Below are positions 18,536 through 31,000 of a stretch of DNA of 64,000 nt, one piece after another. This stretch comes from a virus: the IMG/VR virus record IMGVR_UViG_3300045988_088194. The stretch is one strand, 5' to 3'. Each line of letters starts with the position of its first letter. Position 1 is the stretch's first letter. Below the pieces are notes generated by a model. It did no database searches, had not been told where the DNA came from, and worked only from the letters and a program-made list of their open reading frames with translations. Both the position numbers and the translations under genes were made by a program.

Positions 18536-21500
18536 CTATCTACAATTCTTTATAGTGTCAATAAGACTGTTGAATGCTTCTGCTGAGGTTATAGTCTCAG
18601 GACTTGGAAGATTATTCTCTGGATTTCTTATGAAGTCCATAAACTCTTCAACATTCTTAAATCCAAGCTCTCTGAGAACTCCCCTATTTCCTCTTATATA
18701 AGATGAAATCTGTAGTTTGGTTTCATCAGATATTGGAGTGAAGGATTCAGTAAGAGTAAATGTAGGTTTTGACACTTTGGTTTCTGGTGCTTTCTTTACT
18801 GGCTTTGAAGCTTCTTCTCCTCCAAGGATAGCCATAGCAAGTTCATCAGATATAGTCTCCATTGAGATTCCATCTTCAGAGTCTGCTGGTTCTTCCTTTG
18901 CTATTTCCTGCTTTGGAACTTTGTCAGAAACTCCATACTGAGATTCAAGATATGAAAGATTAGCACCTTCAGCAGCTTCCATTGCAAGTGCAGTTTCCCC
19001 TACTTTCCTGTTCTGAAGTTCTTTCTTATGAAGCTTCTCTGCCTTACTCTTAAGTTCCTTCAGAGAGTTTCCTGTCTTGACAACTCCATTGACTATACCA
19101 AACTCTGTACTATCATTGGTATAAACTCCTAAGTAAAGTCTCTTACTACCTGAAACTGGATTTATCAAGCCTTGGTTTATCTTGGAAAGTAAGGTGAGTT
19201 CATCTATACTATTCTGATTTGAAACTACCTCTCCCTTATCATCATAGATATTACCTTCTGAATCTATACTATAACTCTTGCTGTTAAGAGTCAATGTAGT
19301 CCTATTGAGAACATTCTGTATTCCCCTCTTTCCAGTATGACCTTTAAGAGCAATCTCACCTCCTTTAACAGATGGCTTACCTTCTGAATCAACTGGTGCA
19401 ATATCAAAACTTGCATTAACATTACCAGGCTGATATAAATCAGTGGTAAGTATGCCAGACTTGAGTATATCCTCTTGATACTGAGGGTCAGTAAGTTCTG
19501 AAGTAACTACATTGAATCTTAATCCAAGTTCATCACTTTGGAGTGCCTGAACCAGAAGTGCTGTTGCTTCATCCAAAGAGGTTGCTCCCCCAGTTATATT
19601 CTCTATAATTCCTGGTATAGATACAATATTTCCCTTCTTTGAGAAGGCTATATCAATCCCTTCTGGAAAATGCAGAACTTCCTTAAGGTCATACTTGGCA
19701 AGAGACTTCTGATATTGAGTGCTTTCTGGATTTACAAGAACTTCAGCATCCCTTCCTATCCTTTCAACTATTGGGGAGTCTCCCCATACATCAAGTGGAT
19801 ATTCAGTTTCTGTGAACCTCTTTGCCCTTAGATGTTTAGGATACCACCTTCCATCAGCCTCCTTGGTCATGAGCCATATAGAACCAGCCCTTGGATTCTG
19901 ATTATTAGTATTAAGTGGAACTATTTCAACATTATCAAGACCTGGAGTTTCAAATCTTGTATTATTGTAATAGATACCAATCCTAAGAGGTCTTCCTCTA
20001 AGAAACTCCTTTGTGAGGTCTTTATTCTCAACTGGTGAGTCTTCTGTAGACTTGACCATTCTTCCACTGTATATGTGGGTTACCTTAGTATAATAGGATG
20101 AAACAAATGCACTTCCTTCATTACTTTCAGAAGCAGAATACTCATCATTTACTGCATCCACTATATCATTGTAGTTCTTTATGGACTCCTTATTATTCTT
20201 ATTGAAACCAAGGACTCCTACTACCTGATACCTCTTTCCATCACTTCCCTCTATTGGATTCAGAGATTTGTCTTTTTCTCCTATTTCTACAGCAAGCAGT
20301 ATATGACTGTTAAGTCTGCTATCTGAAGATATGATAAGATGTATTGGCAAATCTTCATTTGCATCAACTCTATCTGCAAGATAGCCTTCATCCACATACT
20401 GAAAAGCTCCTAATTCCTGTAAGGCATTCACTATTGGATTGTTCCTTAATACAGCCTTTCTCTCTCTTCTATTCTTAAGAGGATTAAATTCATACTCAGT
20501 CTCAACCCAGCTTCTAAGTCCCTGTGTAATACCACTATCTTCAGGAGATGCATTATCCTCAACTTCCACATTACTCTCCTCACCAGCAGCAGGAAGAAGT
20601 CTGTTGTCATGTATCTTTGCAGCAAGTCTTCTTAGAGCAGTATTATCTTCCTTTGGAAGGGAAGCATCACCCTTCTTGGCTATATCTACAAGCTCATCCT
20701 GACTCTTTTCTTCAAGTCTTCCCTCAAGACTTTCTGGTTCTTCCTTAGAAGGTTTTTCTTTACCTTCCTTCTCACCTTCAGCTTCTTCCTCAGATAGAGC
20801 ATCCTTAACATCTGGAGAATCAGACAACATATCAAAGAACCCTTTCTTTCCAGCTTTCTTAGGCTTGTTCTTTGATTTCTTTGTATCCTTTCTTGAAGTT
20901 TTCCCTGACTTCTTCTGCTCTATGAACTTATCAACTATCTCTTGAAGAGTAGCCTTTACTTCTTCTGGTATAGAAGAGTCCTGTGCTTGGTCAAGAGTGG
21001 TAAGTATATCATCAAGTGATTCAGCATTCTCAAGAGCATCCTGTATGATGTTCTTAGCTGATATTACTTCGGGAGAAGGCTCTGTAGCAGACAGAATATC
21101 TGTGAATATAGCAGAAGACTCATCAAGGTCTTCATAAGTCTCTGCCAACTTCTTGAGAGTGTCATTACCACCATTCTTCAATGATTCTATTATATCCTTC
21201 TTTTGTTCAGGATAATTAGAGAATATTTCCCTAAGGTCATTAACTGAAGTTGCTGAGTCTGCTTTAAGTTTTGCTTCATCAAGAATCCTCTTCACATTAT
21301 CTTCCTTGACAGCTTTTATAGAATCCTGTACCTGCTGTGAGAAGAGCTCTGGATTCTTTGAAAGTGCAGTGTACTTATCAATGAACTCATTTCTTGCTTC
21401 ATATATTTTAAGCATATCAGATAAGTCCATGAAAAGTTTCATGTTCCTTAATGATTTATCCTTATCTTTATCAGCAAGAACTTTCTCATCAGATAGAGCA

Positions 21501-23842
21501 TCCCTGACTGCCTTTCTATTGAGAGTATTCAGCAAAGATTCAGCTGTAATATCAGTCAGTTCTCCTATCTTCTGGTTTGCATTTGCTCCAAAGAACCTTT
21601 TATCCCTATCCCCAATAACCTGAGAAGCTCCCTTCTTCACTTCTTCAAAGAGGGACTTGAATCTTGACTCCCAATCATCAATTTGAGTCATCATCCAAGT
21701 CATCTCCTCAAGATAGTCATCAGCCATATCTTCTCCATAGAGTGTCTTGAGGTTAGTAGAGATTTCAGAATACTTCTGAAGTTTGGTCTTTGCATCCCTG
21801 ACCTGCTTATTAACATGGTCAATTACTTCCTGGTCTGACTTACCTTCAAAGATTGACTTCCCTGTATTCTTATCAACTGCAAGATTTCTTATATCATCTA
21901 CATCATCCTGAGTTACATTTCCTGCCTCCTCTATAATGTCATATAAGTCCTGCAATCTTCCAGCCTTTTCAAACATTATAGCATCTGAAATAAACTGGGA
22001 ATGCTCTGCATTCTTATAATCAAAGTTACTTCCATTTGCAAGGGCAGCCTCCATATCATTCTGATATTTCTGATGCCTTATGAAGCCTTGATAATAGTTT
22101 AGGAACTCTGGACTTTGTACTCTCTGATTAAGGGCATCTACAAGGGATTGTGCCTGCTTCTTCTCTTCTCTGACATCAGAGATTCCTTCCCACAGTTCAC
22201 CTTCCAGAGATAGTTTTACTTTCTTCTTACCATTTTCTCCCTTCACTCTTGAGAGTTTAGGTATTCCAAGAAGTCCTGTAAGACCTCCTATGAAACCTTC
22301 CTCCCAGTTATCAGCATCTCCATATATATTAGAGAACCCCTTGACCATTGAGTTGAGGAATGTTGAAGTCTCTTCCTCAGCTTCAGGATTAACCTTTGCT
22401 CCATAGAAACTGTTGAGTTTTGAAGATTGCTGTAATCCTGTTCCCTCTGAGAACCAAGACTGCATCATCTCCTCATTCATCTCAGCCAGTGGGTTTGAAA
22501 GGGCTCTTGCCCATTTCTTTGCTATATTACCCTTTGATATAGAGAAACCATCCTTTGCACTTCCTTTTATAATACCATTGGCAAGCTTTCCTGTGTTATA
22601 ACCTCCAGATAGGAACCTTCCAAACTGCCATATGTTTGAGGCAGAAAGCATTACAGTATTAAGTCCAAAGTCAGCATTAGCCATAGCAGCTCTATACTCA
22701 GCAAGCTTGGCTATTGAGTCATTGTATCTTGTATCAATCTGGTTCTTTATATTAGCCCACTCAGCTTGTCCTTCAGGAGATACAAGTCTTCTTTCATACC
22801 TTATACCTGTCTCAGGTGAACCAGTCTGAACAAAAGAGAACCACTCTGGGTGTTCCTCAAACAAGGCATTCTCAATATTTGAAATATCCTTTTGATATTG
22901 GTCATTAAGGAGTTGCCTATGATATGTTTCCCATTCCTTACTATTTCCAATGGCCTCAATTCTTCCCTCACCCATAGCTGCATTTACTGCACCTACAGTC
23001 TTAAGAGTCCATTCAGCATTCCTCAACTGCTTGGCAGCCTTTCCTAAGTCTTCAGTGAGCTTTATTCCATCCATGAAGGCATCTCCAGACTTATAGGCCT
23101 TTGCTATCTCTGAAGCTGTATTCAGGGTTCTTCCTGATGCTGTAGTAACAGCTCCCTTGAAGGCATCCCTCACACCTTTCAGTCCCATAGCCTTTGACAC
23201 TGCACCTGCTGTGAGTTTACCTGAATATGCAGCACCTACGGTAAATCCAAGGTTCTTGAGGAACTTGTCTCCTATGAAGTTTGCTGAGAATATATGTTCC
23301 CACCATGGGTCTTCTTGTTCTGCTTTTGTATAGTAGTTTGGAAGGGCTGACTCAACCTTCTCATTGATGTCCTGCATAAGTACACTGAATGGGTTACTTA
23401 TGAACAAGTTACCAATCTCCCTCATAGGACTGTCACTTTCAGAAATCTTGTCTGTGTTCCCAAGAATGTTCAATGCTCCAGCTATAGTTCCAAGGACTCC
23501 ATCAGCAAAGGTAGTGGCAGCAAGGACAGAGCCTTTAAGTATGCCTGCACCTATCTGGTCATACCAAGGCTGTATGTTGGCTCTTGATTCATTCAGGTCT
23601 GCAAGCTCCCCAAGCTGGGTCATCCTCTTATCATACCTACTTTCTCCAAAATCCTCAACTCCAACATTTTCAACTGGACCTCTTTGAATGAGGTCCAGTT
23701 TCCTTGCTGTATTATCTCTCCAGTCTGGTCTGAAGTTCTGGAACATTGACACATAATCTGTACCATCTGCTGACTTGGTATTCAAGCCTTTAAGTCCAGA
23801 TACACCCATCTTTCTTGGGTCCTTTATTTCATTTTCTCCCAT
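18536..23842 (-). CDS. very large tail/ejection protein (hypothetical)
   Basis: 1768-aa ORF. Gly/Ala-rich hydrophobic N-terminal segments and a K/E-rich disordered linker. Last gene of the late operon. Confidence 0.5.
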   Translation of the reverse strand: MGENEIKDPRKMGVSGLKGLNTKSADGTDYVSMFQNFRPDWRDNTARKLDLIQRGPVENVGVEDFGESRYDKRMTQLGELADLNESRANIQPWYDQIGAGILKGSVLAATTFADGVLGTIAGALNILGNTDKISESDSPMREIGNLFISNPFSVLMQDINEKVESALPNYYTKAEQEDPWWEHIFSANFIGDKFLKNLGFTVGAAYSGKLTAGAVSKAMGLKGVRDAFKGAVTTASGRTLNTASEIAKAYKSGDAFMDGIKLTEDLGKAAKQLRNAEWTLKTVGAVNAAMGEGRIEAIGNSKEWETYHRQLLNDQYQKDISNIENALFEEHPEWFSFVQTGSPETGIRYERRLVSPEGQAEWANIKNQIDTRYNDSIAKLAEYRAAMANADFGLNTVMLSASNIWQFGRFLSGGYNTGKLANGIIKGSAKDGFSISKGNIAKKWARALSNPLAEMNEEMMQSWFSEGTGLQQSSKLNSFYGAKVNPEAEEETSTFLNSMVKGFSNIYGDADNWEEGFIGGLTGLLGIPKLSRVKGENGKKKVKLSLEGELWEGISDVREEKKQAQSLVDALNQRVQSPEFLNYYQGFIRHQKYQNDMEAALANGSNFDYKNAEHSQFISDAIMFEKAGRLQDLYDIIEEAGNVTQDDVDDIRNLAVDKNTGKSIFEGKSDQEVIDHVNKQVRDAKTKLQKYSEISTNLKTLYGEDMADDYLEEMTWMMTQIDDWESRFKSLFEEVKKGASQVIGDRDKRFFGANANQKIGELTDITAESLLNTLNRKAVRDALSDEKVLADKDKDKSLRNMKLFMDLSDMLKIYEARNEFIDKYTALSKNPELFSQQVQDSIKAVKEDNVKRILDEAKLKADSATSVNDLREIFSNYPEQKKDIIESLKNGGNDTLKKLAETYEDLDESSAIFTDILSATEPSPEVISAKNIIQDALENAESLDDILTTLDQAQDSSIPEEVKATLQEIVDKFIEQKKSGKTSRKDTKKSKNKPKKAGKKGFFDMLSDSPDVKDALSEEEAEGEKEGKEKPSKEEPESLEGRLEEKSQDELVDIAKKGDASLPKEDNTALRRLAAKIHDNRLLPAAGEESNVEVEDNASPEDSGITQGLRSWVETEYEFNPLKNRRERKAVLRNNPIVNALQELGAFQYVDEGYLADRVDANEDLPIHLIISSDSRLNSHILLAVEIGEKDKSLNPIEGSDGKRYQVVGVLGFNKNNKESIKNYNDIVDAVNDEYSASESNEGSAFVSSYYTKVTHIYSGRMVKSTEDSPVENKDLTKEFLRGRPLRIGIYYNNTRFETPGLDNVEIVPLNTNNQNPRAGSIWLMTKEADGRWYPKHLRAKRFTETEYPLDVWGDSPIVERIGRDAEVLVNPESTQYQKSLAKYDLKEVLHFPEGIDIAFSKKGNIVSIPGIIENITGGATSLDEATALLVQALQSDELGLRFNVVTSELTDPQYQEDILKSGILTTDLYQPGNVNASFDIAPVDSEGKPSVKGGEIALKGHTGKRGIQNVLNRTTLTLNSKSYSIDSEGNIYDDKGEVVSNQNSIDELTLLSKINQGLINPVSGSKRLYLGVYTNDSTEFGIVNGVVKTGNSLKELKSKAEKLHKKELQNRKVGETALAMEAAEGANLSYLESQYGVSDKVPKQEIAKEEPADSEDGISMETISDELAMAILGGEEASKPVKKAPETKVSKPTFTLTESFTPISDETKLQISSYIRGNRGVLRELGFKNVEEFMDFIRNPENNLPSPETITSAEAFNSLIDTIKNCR

Positions 23843-23854
23843 AAAATTTCATCT

Positions 23855-25663
23855 TTATAAAGGAAATGTTGAAACCTTTGAACTTGTCTTTGATGCTTCT
23901 GGTGCTGCACCATTGTATGAATTATACAATGCCCCATAGAAGGTATTCAACATATTGTCCATAGCCATCTTTGCCTCATTGCTGTTGGTGTCATATTGAG
24001 AAGACTGTGCAAAGTTTGTAATCATCTCCAGGAACTCATCTCCAGGAATTACCCCAACAGGTGTTGGAACTCCTATGTTATGGAATGCTGCTGAGTTATC
24101 TATTTCATAACTTCCATAGGAACCTTCTATAATGGACTTTCCAGTGACAGGATTAAACTGTATTGTTGCAGCACTGTCATTGAATATCTTGGACAGGGTT
24201 TCTTCATCAGGAGCAGCCTTACTGTCTCCTAACTTATGAATCCTCTTTCTGACTTCCTTCTTATCTGACCTATCCTCTATTCCAGACAGAATAGCTGCTC
24301 TCAGTTCCCTCATTGCAAGGTCAGATTGAGTAGTCTTGAACTTTGCATACTTATTTACAGCTACAGCCTTCTTCAATGATAATTCCTGTTCTTTTATAAG
24401 AGAGTCAATATCATCTGTTCCATACTGTTTAGAGAGGTTAGTATAAGAGTTATATACAGGGTTTTCAGTCCTATACTCCTTATCCATCTTTGGAGTACTC
24501 CCTCCAACCATAGCGTATGAATCAAGGCTCCTCTTTAAGTCAGCTTGTAGATTCTTAAGTCCTATATCAGTATCAGGATTCCATTCTGGATTTTCATTCT
24601 GCCTTTTTGCTATATAGCTCTCAATTCTCTTTGCCTTGTCATCCAATACCCTGTTGGCATAGCCCATCCTTGATGTATAAGGAGATACAGTCTCTCCTCT
24701 ATCTATTGAGTCTTTATATGCCCTAAGATTCTTAAGGTCCTCATTCAGTTGTTTAGCATTGGCATCCCTGTCAATATTAAGCTCAGTTCCTACATAATCA
24801 TAGAAGATAGGCTGCTGAGAATCTTTTTCTCTCATCTTCCACCTTTCATAAGGTGAAAGGAAGTTTCTATCCTGTAGGGTATCATACTTAGTAGTACCAA
24901 TAGCATTATAGAGACCACTTGTTATATAGTCTATTGCTCTCTTCTTTGTACTATTATCAGCCCAAGAATCAATTCCTGAAGACTCATAAACCTGCTTTAT
25001 TATATTTCTGAGTTCCTCCGGAGCATCCTTGTTAAATTGAGAAGCAAGGACTATCTCTTCAGGAGTATATCCTGATTTTTCCATAGTCTGCCAGTATTGT
25101 CCACCAAGTATGTGTTCCCACTTCCTTGGGTCTGACCTCATAGATTTAGCAAGATTAGAAGCCATATCTCCAGCCTGCTTAGCAAGTACTGCTCCTGAAT
25201 AGGATGCTCCATAATCAATCTCTGGATTTGCAATGAAGTCATCAAGACTCATAGTAGAAGCATCCCTCTGATACATGAGGGTAGGATTCTCAGCAAGTGC
25301 CTTTCTTTGCTCATCAGCAAGCTGTCTCCTTCTTGTATAAGCCTGCTCTATTGGAGTTATCTCCTGAGAATATCTGCCCTTCATTTTCAGAAGGTTCTGT
25401 CTGCTTACCTGAGTAAGTCCTTGACTGGCAAGAGCATCAGCCTGACTCTTAAGGTCTTCAGAGTATCTCTTGTACATCTGATAGGCTTTAGGGTCAGTCT
25501 GCTCATTTGCTATATTCTCCCATACACTTGCTTTAGTATCAAGGTCTGCATATTCAGTCTCAAGAGCCTGATGTGCTACTGTAGCTTCCTGCAAGGGTCT
25601 TACCAACTCATCATAAGAGAATGGTCTGAACTTACTTCCTATAGTTACATATGATGTTGCCAT
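23855..25663 (-). CDS. virion structural/ejection protein (hypothetical)
   Basis: 602-aa ORF, start codon abutting the upstream stop. Confidence 0.5.
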   Translation of the reverse strand: MATSYVTIGSKFRPFSYDELVRPLQEATVAHQALETEYADLDTKASVWENIANEQTDPKAYQMYKRYSEDLKSQADALASQGLTQVSRQNLLKMKGRYSQEITPIEQAYTRRRQLADEQRKALAENPTLMYQRDASTMSLDDFIANPEIDYGASYSGAVLAKQAGDMASNLAKSMRSDPRKWEHILGGQYWQTMEKSGYTPEEIVLASQFNKDAPEELRNIIKQVYESSGIDSWADNSTKKRAIDYITSGLYNAIGTTKYDTLQDRNFLSPYERWKMREKDSQQPIFYDYVGTELNIDRDANAKQLNEDLKNLRAYKDSIDRGETVSPYTSRMGYANRVLDDKAKRIESYIAKRQNENPEWNPDTDIGLKNLQADLKRSLDSYAMVGGSTPKMDKEYRTENPVYNSYTNLSKQYGTDDIDSLIKEQELSLKKAVAVNKYAKFKTTQSDLAMRELRAAILSGIEDRSDKKEVRKRIHKLGDSKAAPDEETLSKIFNDSAATIQFNPVTGKSIIEGSYGSYEIDNSAAFHNIGVPTPVGVIPGDEFLEMITNFAQSSQYDTNSNEAKMAMDNMLNTFYGALYNSYNGAAPEASKTSSKVSTFPL

Positions 25664-27936
25664 TATCTTCTCCTCCTGTTCCTCTTAGTAAGCATTCCAC
25701 CTCTCTTATTCTTATATCCTACTGTTCCCCTACCATTGGTATAATAGTAGAGCAGACTTGGGTTAGAGGCTATCTGATTCATTATGAAGTTCTCTTGTCC
25801 AACAGCACCAAGGTTGTCAAAGAAATTAGTAAGGTTCATACTCTTTGAATTGGCAAGAGCTGTATCTGTTGCCTCCCTCATTCCAGCAGCAGAAGTTATA
25901 CCTGCAAGTCTCATCCTGTCTCTCATAGATGCTAATTGTGCATTTTGTGCAGCAGCCTTCATGGCAGCCTGTGAGTTATACTGGTTAGTTCCTCTATTGA
26001 ACTGTTCCACTGCCTGTCTCTGCTGCTCATTATACATATCCATCTTCATAAGAGTGTCTCCTACAGCATTCTGAGCATTATAGTCTGCTGCAAGAAGTCC
26101 AGCCATAACTTGTCCAGGATTACTTCCTGAATTTCTCAGTGCTGCTCTTGTTGCACCAGCCTGTCCTTGAAGTTTGCTAAGGTAATAATTCCTGTCAAGA
26201 GGTTTATAAGTGAGGTAGTTGTTTATAGGTCTGCTACTTACCCTATCTCTTGAAAGGTTATTTACTACATTAAGTATGAGGTCAGAGTTAGTATAATCTG
26301 GTTTCTCAAATACACTTGAGAGTGCTCCAATTGCTGAACCAACTATAGGAGCATATCTTGCAAAAGTAGATAATGGTTTTTGTTTTGGGTCTGTATCTGT
26401 AGAAGATTTAATAGATTTATGAGGAGTAGGAACTTGTAAGGTTCCAGCTCTTTCAGCCTCTATTATATCTGGGTTAATTCCAGTTTTAGCATCATCTATT
26501 AACTGTTGTTCATGCAGCATTTCATCCACTACATCTGGATTCCATCCTTTATACTCAGGGGGATTATTTAAGCCTTCTATATCCCAAGGACCTGCATACT
26601 TCCTACCACCAAATGCCATCATCTGTTGGGTTCCTTTCTTTCCTTTCTTCATTCTCTGCTGTTCCTGTAGAAGTGCAAGCTTCCCAAGTGAATCCTGTAG
26701 CCCCCTTTGACTTATAGGGTCATTAGGTCTTTCTGAGGACTCCTTGCTCATATCTTCTGCTATGAGTGCAAAAGTATATCCCCTATATTTGTTAGGAAGT
26801 CTTGACTCCTTAAGTTGCTTATCTGAAGGGTGAAGCCTATTTGAAAATACATAATCATTGAAAATTACTTCTCCCTCTTCTACAAGATTTGGTTGTCCAT
26901 CTGGAGCAATCCCCATAGGAACTCCTTCATGTGGATTATCTTCATGTGTTCCACCAGCTCCTACCATAGTTACTCCATTGAGAAAGTCTCCTCCATGAGT
27001 CTGATAGGCAGGAATGTCTGAATATAGATTACCTCCATCTTCAAACATATATCCCCCTAATGAGTGCTTCCATTTGCTTGCATTCCTTGCAAAGTTTGCT
27101 CTCTTTACCAAGGTAGAACTGTAGTCATCCTTATTGGCTAACACATGTCTTGCAAACTCCTGTACTCCCATTCCAGCTCTCTTTGCTGAGGCAGTAAACT
27201 TCCCTCTATTACTCTTCTTTATATGAATGGCTCCTCCATCTTTTGCATAGGCAGCCATCATTGCATTTCTTGCATTATCTTTCATAACACTATCTGCTTG
27301 ATAATCAAAGGCATCAATAGCTCTATTATTAGCATCTTTTGCTGCTAAATTGAGCATTTTTGCTTTCTTTCTTGCCTTACTGTTACCTGTGAATATCCCA
27401 GCAAGAGCACCGCCAAGACCTACAGCAGCACCTGCTACAGCACCCCAAGGACCTCCAACAGAAGCACCAGCAGAAGCACCTGAGCCAATTGCTGATAGAG
27501 TGTTCATAGCCATTTCCCCTCCAGATACTCCTCTAATATCCTTCATAGAGTAGTTATCCTTCTGGAAGTTTATACTATTGTAAGCATCAAGAAGTGAATC
27601 ACTGTCTGTGGCTTCAGAGAAAGTCTCATCCTTAAGTTCCTGTATATTACTTTCTATTCCAGTGGTATCAGCAGTCTGAGCATTTTTCATGGCAGAGTCT
27701 ACTATGGAAGTAACTCCTCCAACTACAGACCCAACACTATTAATAGCACTTCCTACATTAGAGAAGGAACTTTTCAAAGCATCTCCAGATGCCTTATTCC
27801 AGCCTAATCCCTTCTCCTTGCCATTATAGTCTAATATACCACCAAAATCTAATCTTCTTGATAATGGTCTATACCTTATTCCTGTAGAAAGGTCAAGTGT
27901 TTTACTATGCCTTCTTTTAATATTATACTTAGCCAT
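25663..27936 (-). CDS. virion internal/tail protein with Gly-rich membrane-like segment
   Basis: The start is moved to ATG 27936 (MAKYNIKRR) because a TACATTTG -7 box lies inside the track ORF (which extends to 27984). Segment GSGASAGASVGGPWGAVAGAAVGLGGALAGIF. Confidence 0.55.
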   Translation of the reverse strand: MAKYNIKRRHSKTLDLSTGIRYRPLSRRLDFGGILDYNGKEKGLGWNKASGDALKSSFSNVGSAINSVGSVVGGVTSIVDSAMKNAQTADTTGIESNIQELKDETFSEATDSDSLLDAYNSINFQKDNYSMKDIRGVSGGEMAMNTLSAIGSGASAGASVGGPWGAVAGAAVGLGGALAGIFTGNSKARKKAKMLNLAAKDANNRAIDAFDYQADSVMKDNARNAMMAAYAKDGGAIHIKKSNRGKFTASAKRAGMGVQEFARHVLANKDDYSSTLVKRANFARNASKWKHSLGGYMFEDGGNLYSDIPAYQTHGGDFLNGVTMVGAGGTHEDNPHEGVPMGIAPDGQPNLVEEGEVIFNDYVFSNRLHPSDKQLKESRLPNKYRGYTFALIAEDMSKESSERPNDPISQRGLQDSLGKLALLQEQQRMKKGKKGTQQMMAFGGRKYAGPWDIEGLNNPPEYKGWNPDVVDEMLHEQQLIDDAKTGINPDIIEAERAGTLQVPTPHKSIKSSTDTDPKQKPLSTFARYAPIVGSAIGALSSVFEKPDYTNSDLILNVVNNLSRDRVSSRPINNYLTYKPLDRNYYLSKLQGQAGATRAALRNSGSNPGQVMAGLLAADYNAQNAVGDTLMKMDMYNEQQRQAVEQFNRGTNQYNSQAAMKAAAQNAQLASMRDRMRLAGITSAAGMREATDTALANSKSMNLTNFFDNLGAVGQENFIMNQIASNPSLLYYYTNGRGTVGYKNKRGGMLTKRNRRRR

Positions 27937-27953
27937 TATATAATCATTTGCTG

Positions 27954-27961
27954 CAAATGTA
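27954..27961 (-). promoter_or_regulatory. -7 box TACATTTG
   Basis: TAnnTTTG on the minus strand, 18 nt upstream of ATG 27936 and just downstream of the terminator at 28006-28034. Confidence 0.5.
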
Positions 27962-28005
27962 AGAAAAATAATTGACTTAAACAATAAGGTATATAAAATG
28001 ATAAA

Positions 28006-28034
28006 AGAGTAGTAAGTAAATTACTTACTACTCT
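28006..28034 (-). terminator. intrinsic terminator
   Basis: 14-bp stem AGAGTAGTAAGTAA/TTACTTACTACTCT, followed on the minus strand by TTTATCATTTTAT. Confidence 0.75.
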
Positions 28035-28039
28035 CTTAA

Positions 28040-31000
28040 CTATTCAAAATATCTTACTGCCAAATCATGGAACTCCATTCTTTCATTAGAAAGAGTTGGA
28101 GTCTTGGACAGTTTAAGATATATCCAAGGGTTTCTTATTCTGTTCAATCCATAAGGATTGTCAGGACCTTTCTTATCTCTTGGAATATCCATTCTCCATA
28201 TTCTGAACTTCCTTCTTACATCAGGATATTTATCCCTTACATTAAAAGAATATAGAGGAGAAGTAGAGTCACCTATAGAAATCTTGTTTCCCTGATATTC
28301 ATTCCATACTTCAAGAGTATCAAAGGTATCTCCTGTAAGTTTTCCCTCACCAGGCATATAAGGATTATAATCTGGGTCACTCATATCAAACATGTCAGCC
28401 CTATATTCAAGACAACTGAATGTTTTGTCTCCATAAGGGTCAGGAGTAATTCTGTATAACATATGATAGCCTTGCAGGTTTCCAAACAGATTATTAAACT
28501 CTCCTTCACCCTGTATCCACAATTTATTTACTCCCTTGTTATCCTCTTTGAATGCTACAAATTTATCCTGAATATTAACCATCATTGGGACTTTTCCATA
28601 ACTGAAGAATGATGTAAATTGTCCAAGCATTTCATTATAGCACAGCACATCCTGTTGTTCCTCTTCATTCCCTCTAAGGAAGTAGACATCATCATTCACC
28701 CTATCCCAGTAAGCAACAAAGTTATTGAAGTCCGCAGGATTCCATAAATCAGTAGAATTGTTTCTTCCTATCCAATCCTTGAACCCCTTCTCATCAGAGA
28801 GAGATTTCACAGTTCCTGTAAACAGACTAAGTGAACTATTGATATTATCTATGAAGTAGATACCATTCTTGGTTTCAACTATAGACCACTTGTTGATACA
28901 TCCAGCCTTGTCAGTAATATACCTCTTTCCATCAACCTTACCTGAGTTGGCAATCTCAATAGGTACTCCTTGCTGGGTTCCAATCTGAGTTCTTGAATTA
29001 AAGAGTATCTCAGCAATACCCTTATCCTGGAATGCTATAAGTGAGTTCTGGAACCTTCTTATGGCTCTAAGTGGTCCCTTATCACCATCAAGAGACTCTA
29101 TTGATGCTAAAGTCAGATTAGTCCAAGTATCAATCTGCTCCCCTAAAGTCTTAGTTTTGGTCCAAGTGAACTGAGTAGGATACAGAGAATCAGTGCTACT
29201 ACTATCAATTACAGCAGAAGTATTGAATGAATCTTGTCTGGTGTATAACTCATTTATACTGTTAAAGGTTTTAGTATTTATAAGAGTATAGTCAGAAGTA
29301 AACATATTCTTGTCTGTTTTACCATTCAGATTTATTCTACTTTCAACCATTCCAGAGAATATTTCAATAATACTGTTCTCCTTATTTTCTGCATAAGGCA
29401 TAGTCTTCAAGACATCATACCTTTGATAATATGAATCTCCTTCAACTCCATAGAGAAGGTTAGTCTGTGTAATGTCTGTAACAACTCCACAGTCTACAAA
29501 GATATTCTTCTTGAGAGCATCTTCTTCTATACCTCCATATCTGAAGTCAGAAGTTGAGTAGTCCTGTATATCTCTATACAGTTCTCCAACAAAGATTATT
29601 GAAGTATCAAAAGAAGAGATATCTACCTTGCCATCATTCCCATAGGTATCAAGAGGTATAGACAAGTTATCTGGAGATACTACTATCTTGTTGAGAAGCA
29701 CTTCATCAAGAACCATAGCAGGTCTTGAGTAAGTGTATGAAACTCCAAGATAGTTCTTCATATATACTACCTCTCCAAGTCCTGTTCTAAGCTTGGTATC
29801 AGTCTTAATACTTACTCCCTTGTTTATGTCAGAGACAGTTAAGGTAGTGGTATTACTCAACTTGAACAAACTTGACTGATTTTCCCTTGAAGGAGAATAT
29901 CCAGCAAACAGAGGGGAGTAGGTAGATTTAACTCTGAATGAATATGTATCTGCATCTTCCTTAGTTACAGTTATAGACCCTATTATCTGGTCACTCTTTA
30001 CTTCAGTTCCTCCAGAATCTACATAGGAAAGGTTATAAGTTCCAGTTTCACTTCCTGGAGTAACAGATACAGTATATCCAGTTATAGCCCCTTCCTCTAG
30101 GACTGGGGCAACTGTTATGTTAAATCCTGGAGCTACATTCTTTTTGTACTCTACTTTCTCCCCTAAATGATATACTGAACTTCCTGATGCTTCTTCTACA
30201 AAGCAGATAGCCTTTGTATTTGGGTATTTGTTAGAGTTGTCATAATCATTCTTGAAAGACTCATAGGCATTACTACCAGACTTACTGTTCAAATCTATTA
30301 TATAGATAGTACCAGATTTTATGAGATTATCTGGAGTGTAGTATGGATAAGTGTTCATAATAAGAACATCATCCATTTGAAAATCTTCAATATACTCCTT
30401 CCAAGGAAGATAGTAATTTGTGAGTTCCAGACTATTTGTTTCTCCATTTACTGATGGGAGAACTACTATTTCATCTCCAATGTTCTTGAAGGATATGACA
30501 CAGTTCTTCTTACTCTTTGCAGAAAGGTTTACAGGTGAAGTTGAGACTCCAATCTTTGCCCAATTGACTGGGTCAGATATGAAGTCAAGACTATGGGTAT
30601 ATCCATTAAGACCTGTGGTATATACAGGATAGTTCTCCTCACTTGATGAGGACAAGACAAAATCATAGTTATTGTAATATAGTTTTTCTCCTCCTATATT
30701 TATAGACACATTATTGGTCAGCTCATCAGCAATGCCTATACTTTCTATACCATTTTTAGGTTCCCAAGACATCTTCATATAATAATTATACTCATCTGTC
30801 TTGTTCAAGTCCAACTCTTTTTTAAATTTGTTTACCCAGCAGAAGTTAGTATACAGACTATATCTTAGATTTGCAAGTATTTTGTTCTTTAATATATACT
30901 TCTCAGTATCTCCTGACTTATACAGTGCCCCTGACTTATGCCAAGGATATATTATATATGGGCTTGTTATATCTCTATCTTCAGTTGGATGTTTAGCATC